Shown: positions 9,057-19,808 of the stretch, piece after piece
Layout of the letters: each line of letters starts with the position of its first letter
Position numbering within the stretch: position 1 is the stretch's first letter
Program-made: the position numbers and the translations under genes
DNA from: an uncultured Clostridia bacterium
GTDB lineage: Bacteria > Bacillota > Clostridia > TANB77 > CAG-508
Direction of reading: 5' to 3'
NCBI GenBank assembly: GCA_934122155.1
Contig: CAKOVX010000007.1
Coordinates: 4,924 to 68,923 of the forward strand
DNA: 64,000 nucleotides
The notes under the pieces: generated by a model
Database searches by the model: none
What the model was told of the DNA's origin: nothing
Seen by the model: the letters and a program-made list of their open reading frames with translations, nothing else

Positions 9057-10382
9057 TTAATCTAAAAATCCCTTATAATGTCTCATAACCAATAATGATT
9101 CTAATTGTTGTACCATTTCAAGTGCAACACCTACAACGATTAGTATTGATGTACCACCAAATGCTAAGTTTACGTTTGGTATAAATCTTACAAGCATAGG
9201 TAATATTGCTATAACTGCTAAGAATAGTCCTCCAAACCATAATAACTTAGATAATACTGATGATAAATAATCTGTTGTTGGTTTTCCTGCTCTAATTCCT
9301 GGTATGAATCCACCATTTTTCTTAATATTGTTTGATACTTCTGCTGGGTTGAATGTTGCATAAGTATAGAAAAATGTAAATCCAATAATTAGCAATAAAT
9401 ATACAATTGCATTTGCAATAGTGTACCCTACTGGTACAGCTGATGTTGAAGTTGCAATTGAAAATTTATATATTACTGACCAGAAGCCAGTTTGGTTTGC
9501 AATGTTTGGTGCAAACATTTGAATAATCATAGCTGGGAATGTCATAAATGATGAAGCAAAAATTATTGGCATAACACCTGCCATTGCTAGCTTAAGTGGA
9601 ATATGTGTATTTTGTGCTCCTACCATTTTTCTTCCAACTACTTTTTTAGCATATTGTACAGGTATTCTTCTTTCTGCTTGTTGTACAAATACAACTCCAG
9701 CAATTAAAATAATTGCTCCTATAATGATTGCTAAAGAAGTTAATAGTCCTGCTGTACTAAATGAACCTGTTCCAAATATTAGGTTCCAAATCATTGTTAC
9801 TGCACTTGGCAAGCCTGAAATAATACCTACAAATATAATCATAGAAATACCGTTTCCAATACCTTTATTTGTGATTTGATCTCCTAACCACATTAAAAGT
9901 GATGTTCCTGCCATTAGTGAAATAACTACTAAAAATCCTGTTAAAAAGTCAGTTTTTACGAAAATTCCAGAAGATTTATATGTTAAATATAGTCCAATTC
10001 CTTCAATTAAGGCAAGTATAACTGTTAGAATTTTAGTATATTTATTTATTTTGTTTCTTCCTTCTTCTCCTCCTTCTTTCATTAGTCTTTCTAATGAAGG
10101 AATTACCATTCCTAATAATTGAATTACAATTGAAGCTGTAATATATGGTGTAATGGTCATAGCAAAGATAGAGAATCTTGAGAAAGCTCCACCTGAAATT
10201 AAGTCTATTAGACCTGCTATGCCACTACTTGCATTACTCATTGCTTCACTTAAAGTAACTGTATTTACACCAGGTACTGTAATAAAACAGCCTAATCTAA
10301 ATAGTACTATTAAAAGTAATGTATATAGAATTCTCTTTCTAACATCTGGTGTTTTAAATGCATTTTTAATAGTTTTAAACAT
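9057..10382 (-). CDS. secY: Preprotein translocase subunit SecY
   Basis: A 10-TM protein between rplO and adk, with motifs GIAGLIDLISGGAFSRFSIFAMTITPYITASI and GGFIPGIRAGKPT. Confidence 0.96.
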   Translation of the reverse strand: MFKTIKNAFKTPDVRKRILYTLLLIVLFRLGCFITVPGVNTVTLSEAMSNASSGIAGLIDLISGGAFSRFSIFAMTITPYITASIVIQLLGMVIPSLERLMKEGGEEGRNKINKYTKILTVILALIEGIGLYLTYKSSGIFVKTDFLTGFLVVISLMAGTSLLMWLGDQITNKGIGNGISMIIFVGIISGLPSAVTMIWNLIFGTGSFSTAGLLTSLAIIIGAIILIAGVVFVQQAERRIPVQYAKKVVGRKMVGAQNTHIPLKLAMAGVMPIIFASSFMTFPAMIIQMFAPNIANQTGFWSVIYKFSIATSTSAVPVGYTIANAIVYLLLIIGFTFFYTYATFNPAEVSNNIKKNGGFIPGIRAGKPTTDYLSSVLSKLLWFGGLFLAVIAILPMLVRFIPNVNLAFGGTSILIVVGVALEMVQQLESLLVMRHYKGFLD

Positions 10383-10819
10383 TAAATCACCTCAGCCTTT
10401 CCACCTAAAGCTTCAATTTTTTCTTGTGCAGCTTTGGTGAATTTTACAGCTTTAACGTTTACTTTTTTATCTAATTTTCCTGTTGCAAGTATAACAATTC
10501 CGTCTTTTGCTTTACGAATAATTCCATCTTCGATTAAGCTTTCTGCTGTAACGTCTTCTTTGCTTGATTTATTAAGCATTGTAAGTGTTACTTCTACATA
10601 ATCATTTGCATGGACGCTATTGTTGAATCCTCTTTTTGGTAATCTTCTATATAAAGGAGTTTGACCACCTTCAAAGCCTCTTCTAACTCCGCCGCCACTT
10701 CTTGCTTTTTGTCCTTTATGTCCTCTTCCAGAAGTTTTTCCAAGACCTGAACCAACTCCACGACCTACAACTGTTCTTTTCTTTGTTTTTTGTGCTGGTT
10801 TTAATTCGTCTAATTTCAT
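10382..10819 (-). CDS. rplO: 50S ribosomal protein L15
   Basis: Motif [25 protein letters not shown]. Its ATG overlaps the secY gene end (ATGA-type junction). Confidence 0.96.
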   Translation of the reverse strand: MKLDELKPAQKTKKRTVVGRGVGSGLGKTSGRGHKGQKARSGGGVRRGFEGGQTPLYRRLPKRGFNNSVHANDYVEVTLTMLNKSSKEDVTAESLIEDGIIRKAKDGIVILATGKLDKKVNVKAVKFTKAAQEKIEALGGKAEVI

Positions 10820-10846
10820 TTTGCGATTACACCTCCTATTTTTAAA

Positions 10847-11338
10847 TTATAATATTTCTTCTACTGTTTTTCCTCTTTTTTTAGCAATTTGTTCTGCTGT
10901 TTTCATGCTCTTTAATCCTTCGATTGTAGCATAAACAACATTTCTTGGGTTGTTTGTTCCAACAACTTTAGTTCTAATATCTTTGTAACCTGCAAGCTCT
11001 AGAACTGGTCTTACGCTACCTCCAGCGATAACTCCAGTACCTTCAGCAGCTGGTTTTAATATAACACTAGCACTTCCAAATTTGCCTACATATTCATGAG
11101 GAATTGTTGTACCTACAACTGGAACTTCAACTAAATTCTTTTTAGCTTCTTCAATAGCTTTTTTTATAGCATCTGGAACTTCTGCTGCTTTTCCATTTCC
11201 TACACCAATATGACCATTTTCGTCTCCTACAACAACTACTGCGCTAAATCTAAAAGTTCTACCACCTTTAACAACTTTTGCTACTCTGTTGATTGCAACT
11301 ACTTTTTCTTTTAATTCTGATGTATTTTCTGATTGCAC
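10847..11338 (-). CDS. rpsE: 30S ribosomal protein S5
   Basis: Motifs [27 protein letters not shown] and [13 protein letters not shown]. Confidence 0.96.
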   Translation of the reverse strand: MQSENTSELKEKVVAINRVAKVVKGGRTFRFSAVVVVGDENGHIGVGNGKAAEVPDAIKKAIEEAKKNLVEVPVVGTTIPHEYVGKFGSASVILKPAAEGTGVIAGGSVRPVLELAGYKDIRTKVVGTNNPRNVVYATIEGLKSMKTAEQIAKKRGKTVEEIL

Positions 11339-11355
11339 TTTAATTTCCCTCCTTT

Positions 11356-11715
11356 TTAAAATGTTAATCCGCCTTCTCTGGCTGCTTCTGCTAATTCTTT
11401 TACAACACCATGATAAATATAACCGCCTCTATCAAAAACAACTTCTTTGATATTTTTTTCTAAAGCTCTTTTTGCGATTAAAGCTCCTACTTCTTTAGCA
11501 GCTTCTTTATTTGAATGTTTTGTTTTAACTTCTTTATCTAGAGTAGAAGCTTGAACTAGAGTGTTTCCTGCAACATCATCAATTACTTGTACAAAAAGGT
11601 TGTTATTGCTTCTAAATACACATAATCTTGGACGATCTGCTGTTCCAGAAATTTTATTACGTACTCTTGCATGTCTTCTTTCTCTTTCAGCTTTTCTATC
11701 TATTTTCTTAATCAT
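11356..11715 (-). CDS. rplR: 50S ribosomal protein L18
   Basis: Motifs [34 protein letters not shown] and [24 protein letters not shown]. Confidence 0.96.
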   Translation of the reverse strand: MIKKIDRKAERERRHARVRNKISGTADRPRLCVFRSNNNLFVQVIDDVAGNTLVQASTLDKEVKTKHSNKEAAKEVGALIAKRALEKNIKEVVFDRGGYIYHGVVKELAEAAREGGLTF

Positions 11716-11791
11716 CTTTTTCTCCTTTCTATTAACGTAACAGCGTTAATAATATTAAGAATATTTAATACTTTTTGGTTTTAGCCTAATT

Positions 11792-12331
11792 TTATTTCTT
11801 GCCAGCTTTACCTTCTTTTCTTCTAATATGCTCTTCAGCATACTTAATACCTTTACCTCTATATACTTCTGGTGGTCTTTTTGTTCTAATAACTGCTGCT
11901 GTTTGACCAACTAGCTCTTTATCTATTCCTCTTACTGTGATGTGGTTAGCATCTGCTAAATCAAAGCTAATTCCTTCTGGAGCTTTAACTTCAACTGGAT
12001 GAGAATAACCTAAATTTAATACTAAATCATTACCCTTCTTTTGTGCTCTGTAACCAACACCATTTATTTCTAAGTTTCTTTTAAATTCATTTACAACACC
12101 TTCAATCATATTGCTGATTAAAGTTCTTGTTAAACCATGTAAGCTTCTATTTATAGCTTCATCGTTAGGTCTTGTTACTGTGATAGTATTACCATCAATA
12201 GTAACTGTCATATTTTTATGCAAATCCTTTTCTAATGTACCTTTTGGTCCTTTTACAACTATATGATTATCATTTAATGTAACTTCTACACCTTCTGGTA
12301 CAGTAATAGGTTTATTTCCTATTCTTGACAT
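11792..12331 (-). CDS. rplF: 50S ribosomal protein L6
   Basis: Motifs MSRIGNKPITVPEGVEV and GYSHPVEV. Confidence 0.96.
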   Translation of the reverse strand: MSRIGNKPITVPEGVEVTLNDNHIVVKGPKGTLEKDLHKNMTVTIDGNTITVTRPNDEAINRSLHGLTRTLISNMIEGVVNEFKRNLEINGVGYRAQKKGNDLVLNLGYSHPVEVKAPEGISFDLADANHITVRGIDKELVGQTAAVIRTKRPPEVYRGKGIKYAEEHIRRKEGKAGKK

Positions 12332-12349
12332 TTTTTAGTTCCTCCTTTC

Positions 12350-12748
12350 CTACCAAATATATGCTAATACTTCTCCTCCAAGTCCTTCTGTTCTTGCTTC
12401 CTTATCTGTTTTAATTCCTTTTGATGTAGAAATTAAAGCAATACCTAAGCCATTTAGAACTTGTGGTAATTCTTCTTTAGATGCATAAACTCTTAATCCT
12501 GGTTTACTAATTCTTCTTAAACCATCAATTACTCTTGCACCTTTTTCATCATATTTTAAAGTAATACGAATTACACCTTGAGTGTTATCGCTTATCTCTT
12601 CATATTCTGCAATGTATCCTTCTTTAAATAGAATTTCTGCAATAGCTTTTTTCATATTTGAAGCTGGAACATCAACTGTTTTATGTTTTTTACTATTTGC
12701 ATTTCTAATTCTTGTTAACATATCTGCGATTGGATCTGTTGTATTCAA
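12350..12748 (-). CDS. rpsH: 30S ribosomal protein S8
   Basis: (M)[18 protein letters not shown]. The TTG at 12748 follows AAGGAGGG. The 16 upstream codons in the ORF track run into the intergenic element and are probably not translated. Confidence 0.93.
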   Translation of the reverse strand: MNTTDPIADMLTRIRNANSKKHKTVDVPASNMKKAIAEILFKEGYIAEYEEISDNTQGVIRITLKYDEKGARVIDGLRRISKPGLRVYASKEELPQVLNGLGIALISTSKGIKTDKEARTEGLGGEVLAYIW

Positions 12749-12797
12749 AATTATTCCCTCCTTTTTAAATTTACTCAAATTCACTTTATGTTTCAAG

Positions 12798-12914
12798 CTG
12801 TTATTTCGAATTTAAATTAGTATATTGCAAGGAAAGCAAGTGAAAAATTTTGAAATTGTACTTTTGTACATTGAAAAATTTTTACACGTAGCTTGACAAA
12901 GCAAGATGCTGATT
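12798..12914 (-). repeat. Copy B of the conserved intergenic element (rpsN|rpsH spacer)
   Basis: The blocks CTGTTATTTC, AATTAGTATATTGC, AAAAATTTTTAC and TGACAAAGCAAGATGCTGATT recur in the same order in other r-protein spacers. Confidence 0.6.
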
Positions 12915-12928
12915 TAAATTTGAAAGAA

Positions 12929-13114
12929 TTACCAGCTTGCTTTTTTCACTCCCGGAATTTCTCCTTTATGAGCTAATTCTCTAAAGCAAACACGGCAAAT
13001 TCCATATTTTCTGATATATGCATGTGGTCTTCCACAAATTTTGCAACGATTATATTCTCTTGTTTTGTATTTTTGTTCTCTTTGTTGTTTAACTTTTAAA
13101 GACTTCTTAGCCAT
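12929..13114 (-). CDS. rpsN: 30S ribosomal protein S14, type Z (zinc-binding, 61 aa)
   Basis: [20 protein letters not shown], in its usual spc-operon position. Confidence 0.96.
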   Translation of the reverse strand: MAKKSLKVKQQREQKYKTREYNRCKICGRPHAYIRKYGICRVCFRELAHKGEIPGVKKASW

Positions 13115-13167
13115 TTATTTCTCCTTTCTTACACTCGCCTCTTGACAGCGCAAGACGCAGTTTATAA

Positions 13168-13707
13168 TTAATTTTGGAATGGCATTCCTAATAATGAAAG
13201 CAATTCTTTTGCTTCTTCATCTGTCTTAGCAGTAGTAACGAATATTATATCCATACCTCTAATTTTGTCAATTTTATCATATTCGATTTCTGGGAAAATT
13301 AATTGTTCTTTAATTCCCATTGAGTAATTTCCTCTACCATCAAATGAGTTATTAGATACTCCTCTAAAATCTCTTACTCTTGGTAATGCTACATTAAATA
13401 GTTTGTATGCAAAATCATACATTTTTCCACTTCTTAATGTAACTTTGCATCCAATATTAACACCTTCTCTAATTTTGAAAGCAGCAATAGCTTTTTTTGC
13501 TTTTGTTACTATTGGAGTTTGACCTGTAATTATTTTTAAATCATTTATTGTGTTGTCTAATGCTTTTGGATTGTCTTTCATATCTCCTAATCCAACATTG
13601 ATAACTATTTTTTCTAGTTTTGGAACTTCCATTACTGATTTATAGTTAAATTTTTTCATCAATGCAGGTACAACTTCTTTTTGATATTGTTCTTTTAATA
13701 TTTCCAT
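13168..13707 (-). CDS. rplE: 50S ribosomal protein L5
   Basis: Motifs [10 protein letters not shown] and [20 protein letters not shown]. Confidence 0.96.
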   Translation of the reverse strand: MEILKEQYQKEVVPALMKKFNYKSVMEVPKLEKIVINVGLGDMKDNPKALDNTINDLKIITGQTPIVTKAKKAIAAFKIREGVNIGCKVTLRSGKMYDFAYKLFNVALPRVRDFRGVSNNSFDGRGNYSMGIKEQLIFPEIEYDKIDKIRGMDIIFVTTAKTDEEAKELLSLLGMPFQN

Positions 13708-13729
13708 AAGTCTTTAATAGACCTCCTTC

Positions 13730-14038
13730 CTATTTTAATTTGTTTCCACATTTTTTGCAAACACGTACTTTTGTATCTCCCTCTACTAAGTAACCAATTC
13801 TTGTTGCTTTGTTACATTTTGGACATACTACATTTACTTTGCTACTATGTATGCTACATTCTACTGGAATAATTCCGCCTTCTTCTCCTTGTTTTCTTGG
13901 TTTAACATGTTTTTTACGAATATTAACACCTTTAACAAGTACTTTTTGTGTTTTTGGAATTACTTCTAAAACTTCTCCAGTTTTTCCTTTATCATTTCCA
14001 GATAAAACTTTAACTGTATCACCTTTTTTAATTTTCAT
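13730..14038 (-). CDS. rplX: 50S ribosomal protein L24 with an unusual C-terminal CxxC...CxxC pair
   Basis: The KOW motif KIKKGDTVKVLSGNDKGKTGEV is followed by CPKCNKATRIGYLVEGDTKVRVCKKCGN. Confidence 0.95.
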   Translation of the reverse strand: MKIKKGDTVKVLSGNDKGKTGEVLEVIPKTQKVLVKGVNIRKKHVKPRKQGEEGGIIPVECSIHSSKVNVVCPKCNKATRIGYLVEGDTKVRVCKKCGNKLK

Positions 14039-14078
14039 CTTTACTTTTCACCTCTTCTTTTTAAATTTATAAGGTTCT

Positions 14079-14239
14079 CTGTTATTTCTTAAATTTTAAA
14101 TAACGACTTCCCACTGCCTAAGCTAATCAAAAATGGTAGATTACTAGGCAACTAAGTAAAAATTTCTGAAACTATACGTGCTGTATGTTGAAGGAATTTT
14201 TACGAAGGTTAACGACGTAAGATGCCGTTTTTCATTAGC
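14079..14239 (-). repeat. Copy A of the conserved intergenic element (rplN|rplX spacer)
   Basis: The blocks CTGTTATTTC (14079-14088), AAGTAAAAATTTCTGAAA, AATTTTTAC and GTAAGATGCCG are colinear with the rpsN|rpsH spacer. Confidence 0.55.
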
Positions 14240-14611
14240 TTATAGAACTTCTGGAGCTAATGAAAGAATCTTCATATACTCTCCATCTCTTAATTCTCTA
14301 GCTACTGGCCCAAATATACGAGTTCCTTTTGGTGTTTTATCATCTTTTATAATAACAGCTGCATTTTCATCAAATCTTACATAAGAACCATCTGCTCTTC
14401 TAATTGGCTTTTTAGTTCTTACAACAACAGCTTTTACTACATCACCTTTTTTAACAACTCCACCACCAGGTATAGCTGTTTTTACAGATGCAACAATAAT
14501 ATCGCCTACACCAGCGTATTTTCTATATGAACCACCTAAACATCTGATACACATAATTTCTTTTGCACCAGTGTTGTCAGCAACTTTTAATATACTTTGT
14601 TGTTGTACCAT
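14240..14611 (-). CDS. rplN: 50S ribosomal protein L14
   Basis: Motifs [23 protein letters not shown] and [11 protein letters not shown]. Confidence 0.97.
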   Translation of the reverse strand: MVQQQSILKVADNTGAKEIMCIRCLGGSYRKYAGVGDIIVASVKTAIPGGGVVKKGDVVKAVVVRTKKPIRRADGSYVRFDENAAVIIKDDKTPKGTRIFGPVARELRDGEYMKILSLAPEVL

Positions 14612-14625
14612 TTTGGTATCCTCCT

Positions 14626-14889
14626 TTATTTAATAACTGCTTTTTCTACAACTTCAACTACTCTCCATCTCTTATCTTTAGAAAGTGGTCTAGTTTCCAT
14701 TACTCTAACTTTATCTCCCATTTGGCATTCATTGTTTTCGTCATGAGCTTTTAGTTTATATGTTCTTTTTTGAATTTTTCCGTACATTTTGTTCATAACA
14801 TTGGTTTTAACAGCTACAACAACTGTTTTGTCCATTTTGTCAGAAACAACTGTACCTATCATTTCTTTACGAAGGTTTCTTTCTTCCAT
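14626..14889 (-). CDS. rpsQ: 30S ribosomal protein S17
   Basis: [16 protein letters not shown]...[31 protein letters not shown]. Confidence 0.96.
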   Translation of the reverse strand: MEERNLRKEMIGTVVSDKMDKTVVVAVKTNVMNKMYGKIQKRTYKLKAHDENNECQMGDKVRVMETRPLSKDKRWRVVEVVEKAVIK

Positions 14890-14890
14890 A

Positions 14891-15094
14891 TTAGTTTACA
14901 CCCTCCTTTAGTTCTCTTTCTCTTAAAACTGTTTTAATTCTTGCAATGTCTTTTTTCACTTCTTTGATTTTCATAGGGTTATCTAATCCATTTGTTGCTA
15001 AACTAAATCTTAATTTAAACAATTCATTTTTTAGTTCTCCTAATTCTTTTTCTAATTCTGGTGAAGACATTTCTTTTATTTTATTAATCTTCAT
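14891..15094 (-). CDS. rpmC: 50S ribosomal protein L29
   Basis: [30 protein letters not shown]. The ATG at 15094 follows AGGTGG and overlaps the end of rplP. Confidence 0.93.
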   Translation of the reverse strand: MKINKIKEMSSPELEKELGELKNELFKLRFSLATNGLDNPMKIKEVKKDIARIKTVLRERELKEGVN

Positions 15095-15524
15095 CGCTAT
15101 CACCACCTACTTCAGTTTCTCTTTTGACAAACTTACATTTTACTGATAGTTTATTAGCTGCTAGTCTTAGAGCTTCTTTTGCAGTGTCTTCTGGAACTCC
15201 TGCTATTTCAAACATAACTCTTCCTGGTTTTACAGCTGCTACCCAGTATTCAACAGCACCTTTACCTTTACCCATACGAGTACCAATAGGTTTTGATGTT
15301 ATTGGTTTGTCAGGGAAGATTTTAATCCAAACCTTTCCACCTCTTTTTATATAACGAGTCATAGCAACACGGGCTGCTTCAATTTGATTTGAAGTAATTA
15401 GTCCAATTTCTTGTGATTGTAAACCAAACTCTCCGTTTGTTACTTTATTTCCTCTTGTTGCTTTACCTCTAATTCTACCTTTTTGTTGTTTTCTATATTT
15501 TGTTCTTTTTGGCATTAATGGCAT
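15084..15524 (-). CDS. rplP: 50S ribosomal protein L16 with a short acidic C-terminal tail
   Basis: Motifs [14 protein letters not shown] and [20 protein letters not shown]. Confidence 0.96.
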   Translation of the reverse strand: MPLMPKRTKYRKQQKGRIRGKATRGNKVTNGEFGLQSQEIGLITSNQIEAARVAMTRYIKRGGKVWIKIFPDKPITSKPIGTRMGKGKGAVEYWVAAVKPGRVMFEIAGVPEDTAKEALRLAANKLSVKCKFVKRETEVGGDSDED

Positions 15525-16186
15525 TACTCATCTCTCCCTTCTGCTTGTTTTTTCTTAGCTGGAAGAACTTCGCCTTTATAAATCCAAACTTTAACACCGA
15601 TTTTTCCATAAGTAGTATCTGCTTCTGCAAATCCATAATCAATATCAGCTCTTAAAGTTTGAAGTGGAATTGTACCATCTTTGTAGAATTCTGTTCTAGC
15701 CATGTCTGCTCCACCTAATCTACCAGATACAGCAGTTTTAATACCTAAAGCACCTGCTTTCATAGTTTTTTGCATACATTGTTTCATAGCTCTTCTGAAT
15801 GAAATTCTTCTTTCTAGTTGTCCTGCAATGTTTTCTGCAACTAATTGTGCATCAACATCTATGTTTTTAACTTCAACAATATTTAAGTTAACTGTTTTAC
15901 CTATCATTTTTTCAAGTTCAGCTTTTAATTCTTCAGCAAGGTTTCCACCTTTACCAATTACTAAACCTGGTTTTGCTGTATAAACGTTTACTTTAACGAA
16001 TTTTGCAGTTCTTTCAATTTCAACTTTAGAAATTCCTGCAACATATAATTTTTTCTTAACATATTCACGGATTTTGTGATCTTCTACTAGGTATTCACTA
16101 AAGTTCTTTTTGTCTGCATACCATTTTGAGTTCCAGTCTTTAATAACACCTACTCTTAATCCGTTAGGATCCATTTTTTGTCCCAT
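15524..16186 (-). CDS. rpsC: 30S ribosomal protein S3
   Basis: Motifs [18 protein letters not shown], a KH domain with GKGG, and [30 protein letters not shown]. Confidence 0.97.
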   Translation of the reverse strand: MGQKMDPNGLRVGVIKDWNSKWYADKKNFSEYLVEDHKIREYVKKKLYVAGISKVEIERTAKFVKVNVYTAKPGLVIGKGGNLAEELKAELEKMIGKTVNLNIVEVKNIDVDAQLVAENIAGQLERRISFRRAMKQCMQKTMKAGALGIKTAVSGRLGGADMARTEFYKDGTIPLQTLRADIDYGFAEADTTYGKIGVKVWIYKGEVLPAKKKQAEGRDE

Positions 16187-16205
16187 TTTGTTAAGTCCTC
16201 CTTTC

Positions 16206-16559
16206 TTAATCTCTTTCCTTTAACACGATTGTAATATGGCTTGTTCTTTTTCTAATTCTTACTGCACTACCTTTTGCAGCTGGTCTAATTCTTTTTAGAG
16301 TTGGACCTTGGTTTGCATAAATTTCAGCAACATATAATTTTTCATGTGCCATATGATGATTATTTTCAGCATTTGCGATAGCTGATTTTAATAATTTTTC
16401 AATAATTTCGCTTGATGCTTTTGGAGCATATTTTGCAATAGCTAAAGCTTCGTCAATATCTTTTCCTCTAATTAAATCTGCTACAATTTTAACCTTTCTA
16501 GCTGAAATTCTAGCATATCTTAAAGTTGCTTCTGCTGTTGGAATATTAGTTTCTTCCAC
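16206..16559 (-). CDS. rplV: 50S ribosomal protein L22
   Basis: Motifs [18 protein letters not shown] and [10 protein letters not shown]. Confidence 0.95.
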   Translation of the reverse strand: MEETNIPTAEATLRYARISARKVKIVADLIRGKDIDEALAIAKYAPKASSEIIEKLLKSAIANAENNHHMAHEKLYVAEIYANQGPTLKRIRPAAKGSAVRIRKRTSHITIVLKERD

Positions 16560-16596
16560 TTTATTTTCCTCCTTTTTTAGATATGTTTACAGGCTT

Positions 16597-16872
16597 TTAT
16601 TTTTTAGTTGTTTTGTCTCCTGCATGACCTTTAAATGTTCTTGTTGGTGCAAATTCACCTAATTTATGTCCAATCATTTCTTCTGTAATATATACAGGTA
16701 CATGTTTTCTACCATCATGAACAGCTATTGTGTGTCCAACCATTTGTGGGTATATAGTAGAAGCTCTTGACCATGTTTTTATTACTTCTTTATTTCCACT
16801 TTCATTCATTGCATTAACTCTTTTTAATAATTCAGGTGCAATAAATGGAACTTTTTTACTTGATCTTGACAT
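16597..16872 (-). CDS. rpsS: 30S ribosomal protein S19
   Basis: Motifs [48 protein letters not shown]. Confidence 0.97.
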   Translation of the reverse strand: MSRSSKKVPFIAPELLKRVNAMNESGNKEVIKTWSRASTIYPQMVGHTIAVHDGRKHVPVYITEEMIGHKLGEFAPTRTFKGHAGDKTTKK

Positions 16873-16884
16873 TTATTTTACCTC

Positions 16885-17712
16885 CTACTTTCTACGTTTA
16901 GTGATCATTTTGTCACTCTTTTTGTTTTTCTTTCTTGTCTTATATCCAAGTGCTGGTTTACCCCAAGGAGTCATTGGTCCTGCGTGTCCTACTGGAGCTT
17001 TACCTTCACCACCACCATGAGGGTGATCTACTGGGTTCATTACAGAACCTCTAACAGTTGGTCTAATTCCCATATGTCTTTTTCTTCCAGCTTTACCAAT
17101 TTTAATATTTTCATGATCTGTATTTCCTACTGTTCCTATTGTAGCTTTGCATACTGCTAACACTAATCTCATTTCACCAGAAGGTAATCTTACATGTGCA
17201 TATTTTCCTTCTTTAGCCATTAATTGAGCTTCTTGACCAGCAGCTCTTACAAGTTTTCCTCCTTGACCAGGATTTAACTCAATGTTATGAATCATTGTAC
17301 CTACTGGAATATTTTCAATTTTCATGCAGTTACCTGGTTTGATATCTGCTTTTTCTCCTGATACAACTTTGTCTCCATCTTTTAGTCCAACTGGCGCTAA
17401 AATATATGCTTTTTCTCCATCTTCATATTGAATTAAAGCTATATTTGCACTTCTGTTTGGATCATATTCTATACCAATTACTGTTGCTGGCATATCAACT
17501 TTATTTCTTTTAAAATCTATAATTCTATATTTTTGTCTGTTTCCTCCACCTTGATGTCTTACTGTAATTCTACCATATGAGTTTCTACCAGCATTTTTCT
17601 TTTTAGTAGCTAATAGAGTTTTTTCTGGTTCTTTTTTAGTGATTTCATCAAATGTTGAAACTGTCATGTTTCTTCTTGATGGAGTATATGGTCTGAATCT
17701 CTTTATTCCCAT
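16885..17712 (-). CDS. rplB: 50S ribosomal protein L2
   Basis: Motifs [16 protein letters not shown] and [14 protein letters not shown]. Confidence 0.97.
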   Translation of the reverse strand: MGIKRFRPYTPSRRNMTVSTFDEITKKEPEKTLLATKKKNAGRNSYGRITVRHQGGGNRQKYRIIDFKRNKVDMPATVIGIEYDPNRSANIALIQYEDGEKAYILAPVGLKDGDKVVSGEKADIKPGNCMKIENIPVGTMIHNIELNPGQGGKLVRAAGQEAQLMAKEGKYAHVRLPSGEMRLVLAVCKATIGTVGNTDHENIKIGKAGRKRHMGIRPTVRGSVMNPVDHPHGGGEGKAPVGHAGPMTPWGKPALGYKTRKKNKKSDKMITKRRK

Positions 17713-17779
17713 TTTAATTTCTCTCCTTTTTATTTATTTTCCGAGTTTTCTCTCGATAATTTTTAGTTTCTAATGATTT

Positions 17780-18127
17780 TTAAGCACCCATAAAATGTTC
17801 GATAGAGTCTTTGTATTTTTTAGAAACTTTAACTTCTTTTCCACCTTTATCTAGGTATTTAATATCTCCTGGGTTTGTATCAATAGTTACTATTGCTTTT
17901 TTCCAGTCTGAAGTTTTTCCTGTTGTTTTTCCTCTTCTAACTTCTTTTCCTTTAACACTCATTGTGTTAACATTTAATACTTTTACTTCAAAAAGTTTTT
18001 CTACTGCATTACGAATATCTATTTTAGTAGCTTTTTTATTTACTCTAAATGTGTATTTTCCTGCTTGTAGTTCATCATTACTTTTTTCTGTGATTACTGG
18101 TGCTATGATAATATCTTCTGGTCTCAT
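17780..18127 (-). CDS. rplW: 50S ribosomal protein L23 with an extended C-terminus
   Basis: Motifs IIAPVITEKS, KYTFRVNKKATKIDIRNAVEKLFEVKV and KKAIV. Confidence 0.93.
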   Translation of the reverse strand: MRPEDIIIAPVITEKSNDELQAGKYTFRVNKKATKIDIRNAVEKLFEVKVLNVNTMSVKGKEVRRGKTTGKTSDWKKAIVTIDTNPGDIKYLDKGGKEVKVSKKYKDSIEHFMGA

Positions 18128-18750
18128 TATGCATACACCTCCTCTAATTTTTTAACAGTATCTTCTGTTACAACAAGATTTTTGTGTTTTAATAAATCAT
18201 ATACATTGATTGTTCCAACTTGTAATGTTTTAACTCCTTCAATGTTTCTAGCTGATTTTTGAACTACTTCATCTTTTTCTGGTAAAAGAATTACTGCTTT
18301 ACCTTCTACTTTTAAGTTATTTAAAATTCTTGCCATTTCTTTAGTTTTAATTTCTTTTAATGGTAAGTTTTCAACAACTATTAATTCATTTTCTAATACT
18401 TTTGAGCTTAACATTGATTTAATTGCTAATCTCTTTTCTTTTTTATTTACTGTATAATTGTATGAACGTGGTTTTGGACCTAAAGCAACTCCTCCACCTA
18501 CCCAATGTGGTGCACGAATGCTTCCTTGTCTTGCTCTACCTGTACCTTTTTGTCTCCATGGTTTTCTACCACCACCAGATACTTCTGCTCTTGTTTTAGT
18601 ACTTTGTGTACCTTGTCTTTGATTAGCTAGGTAATTAACTAGAACACTATGTACTACTGCTTCATTTGGTTCAATACCAAATACTTCTTCTTTAAGCTCT
18701 ATTGTCTTAACTTTTTTACCTTCTATATCATATACGTCTATCTTAGGCAT
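18127..18750 (-). CDS. rplD: 50S ribosomal protein L4
   Basis: RAEVSGGGRKPWRQKGTGRARQGSIRAPHWVGGGVA. Confidence 0.96.
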   Translation of the reverse strand: MPKIDVYDIEGKKVKTIELKEEVFGIEPNEAVVHSVLVNYLANQRQGTQSTKTRAEVSGGGRKPWRQKGTGRARQGSIRAPHWVGGGVALGPKPRSYNYTVNKKEKRLAIKSMLSSKVLENELIVVENLPLKEIKTKEMARILNNLKVEGKAVILLPEKDEVVQKSARNIEGVKTLQVGTINVYDLLKHKNLVVTEDTVKKLEEVYA

Positions 18751-18764
18751 TTGTATTTCCCTCC

Positions 18765-19397
18765 TTATTTACTTTTTACACTTGTTTTTAGTTTTAAGAT
18801 TGCACCTTTAGCTCCTGGCACACTACCTTTTACTAAAATAACATTTTTATCTAAATCTACTCTTACAACTTCTAAGTTTTGAATTGTAATAGTTTGGCTT
18901 CCCATATGACCTGGCAATTTTTTGCCTTTAAATACTCTACCTGGTGTAGATGTTGGTCCCATTGAACCTGGTCTTCTGTGGTACATAGAACCATGTCCCA
19001 TAGGTCCTCTTGATTGGCCATGACGTTTAATAACACCTTGGAATCCTTTTCCTTTTGATGTTCCTTGGATATCTAATTGATCTCCTGCTGCAAATGTGTC
19101 AGCTTTTAATTCATCACCAACATTTATATTTTCAATAGAATCTAATCTAAATTCTCTTAAATGTTTTTTTAGTGGTAATTTTGATTTTGTAAAGTGTCCT
19201 TTTTCTGGTTTGTTAACTTTACTTTCTTTTACATCTCCAAATCCTAATTGTATAGCATTGTATCCGTCAGATTCTACTGTTTTAACTTGTGCTACTACAC
19301 ATGGACCTGCTTCAATAACTGTAACTGGAATAACTTTTCCTTGTTCATCAAATATTTGAGTCATTCCTAATTTTTTTCCTATTAATCCTTTATTCAT
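18765..19397 (-). CDS. rplC: 50S ribosomal protein L3
   Basis: Motifs [26 protein letters not shown] and [12 protein letters not shown]. Confidence 0.97.
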   Translation of the reverse strand: MNKGLIGKKLGMTQIFDEQGKVIPVTVIEAGPCVVAQVKTVESDGYNAIQLGFGDVKESKVNKPEKGHFTKSKLPLKKHLREFRLDSIENINVGDELKADTFAAGDQLDIQGTSKGKGFQGVIKRHGQSRGPMGHGSMYHRRPGSMGPTSTPGRVFKGKKLPGHMGSQTITIQNLEVVRVDLDKNVILVKGSVPGAKGAILKLKTSVKSK

Positions 19398-19475
19398 TTT
19401 AAGTTCCTTCCATTGGCTGATATTTTGTATTTCGTTAAACTATAACGTTATACCAGCATAGTTTTTAATTTGTAA

Positions 19476-19808
19476 TTATAATTTGATTTCTATATCAACA
19501 CCAGCTGGTAAATCAATTTTCATTAAGCTATCAACTGTTTTTTGTGTTGGGTAAAGAATGTCAATTACTCTTTTATGTGTTCTCATTTCAAATTGTTCTC
19601 TTGAATCTTTGTGTTTGTGTGGAGAACGTAAGATTGTAACAATCTCCTTTTCTGTTGGTAGTGGAATAGGACCTGAAACTTTAGCTCCTGTTTTTTTAGC
19701 AGTATCTACTATTTTTTCAGCAGACTGTTCTAAAACAACATGATCATAAGCTTTTAATCTTATTCTGATTTTTTCACTTGTTACTGCATTTTCCTTCTTT
19801 GTTGCCAT
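19476..19808 (-). CDS. rpsJ: 30S ribosomal protein S10
   Basis: Motifs [39 protein letters not shown] and THKRVIDI, with RBS GAAGGAGGG. Confidence 0.96.
   Translation of the reverse strand: MATKKENAVTSEKIRIRLKAYDHVVLEQSAEKIVDTAKKTGAKVSGPIPLPTEKEIVTILRSPHKHKDSREQFEMRTHKRVIDILYPTQKTVDSLMKIDLPAGVDIEIKL

Noticed and set aside
12749-12796. N-terminal extensions proposed by the ORF track for rpsH. The same applies to infA (7449-7478), rpsD (5863-5874), rpmC (15095-15106), spoVG (20953-21015), spoIVB (25047-25076), the pilin-like gene (30692-30712), mutS2 (42606-42647), the arginase-family gene (45068-45118, including the poly-Ile run), pheT (48592-48600), sufB (50741-50761), dapA (51729-51782), dapB (53401-53439), ruvA (61504-61524) and nth (62976-63077).
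   Set aside because: In each case a downstream ATG or TTG sits 5-10 nt after a GGAGG-like RBS and gives the canonical N-terminus of the family. The upstream codons run through RBS, terminator or intergenic-element sequence.
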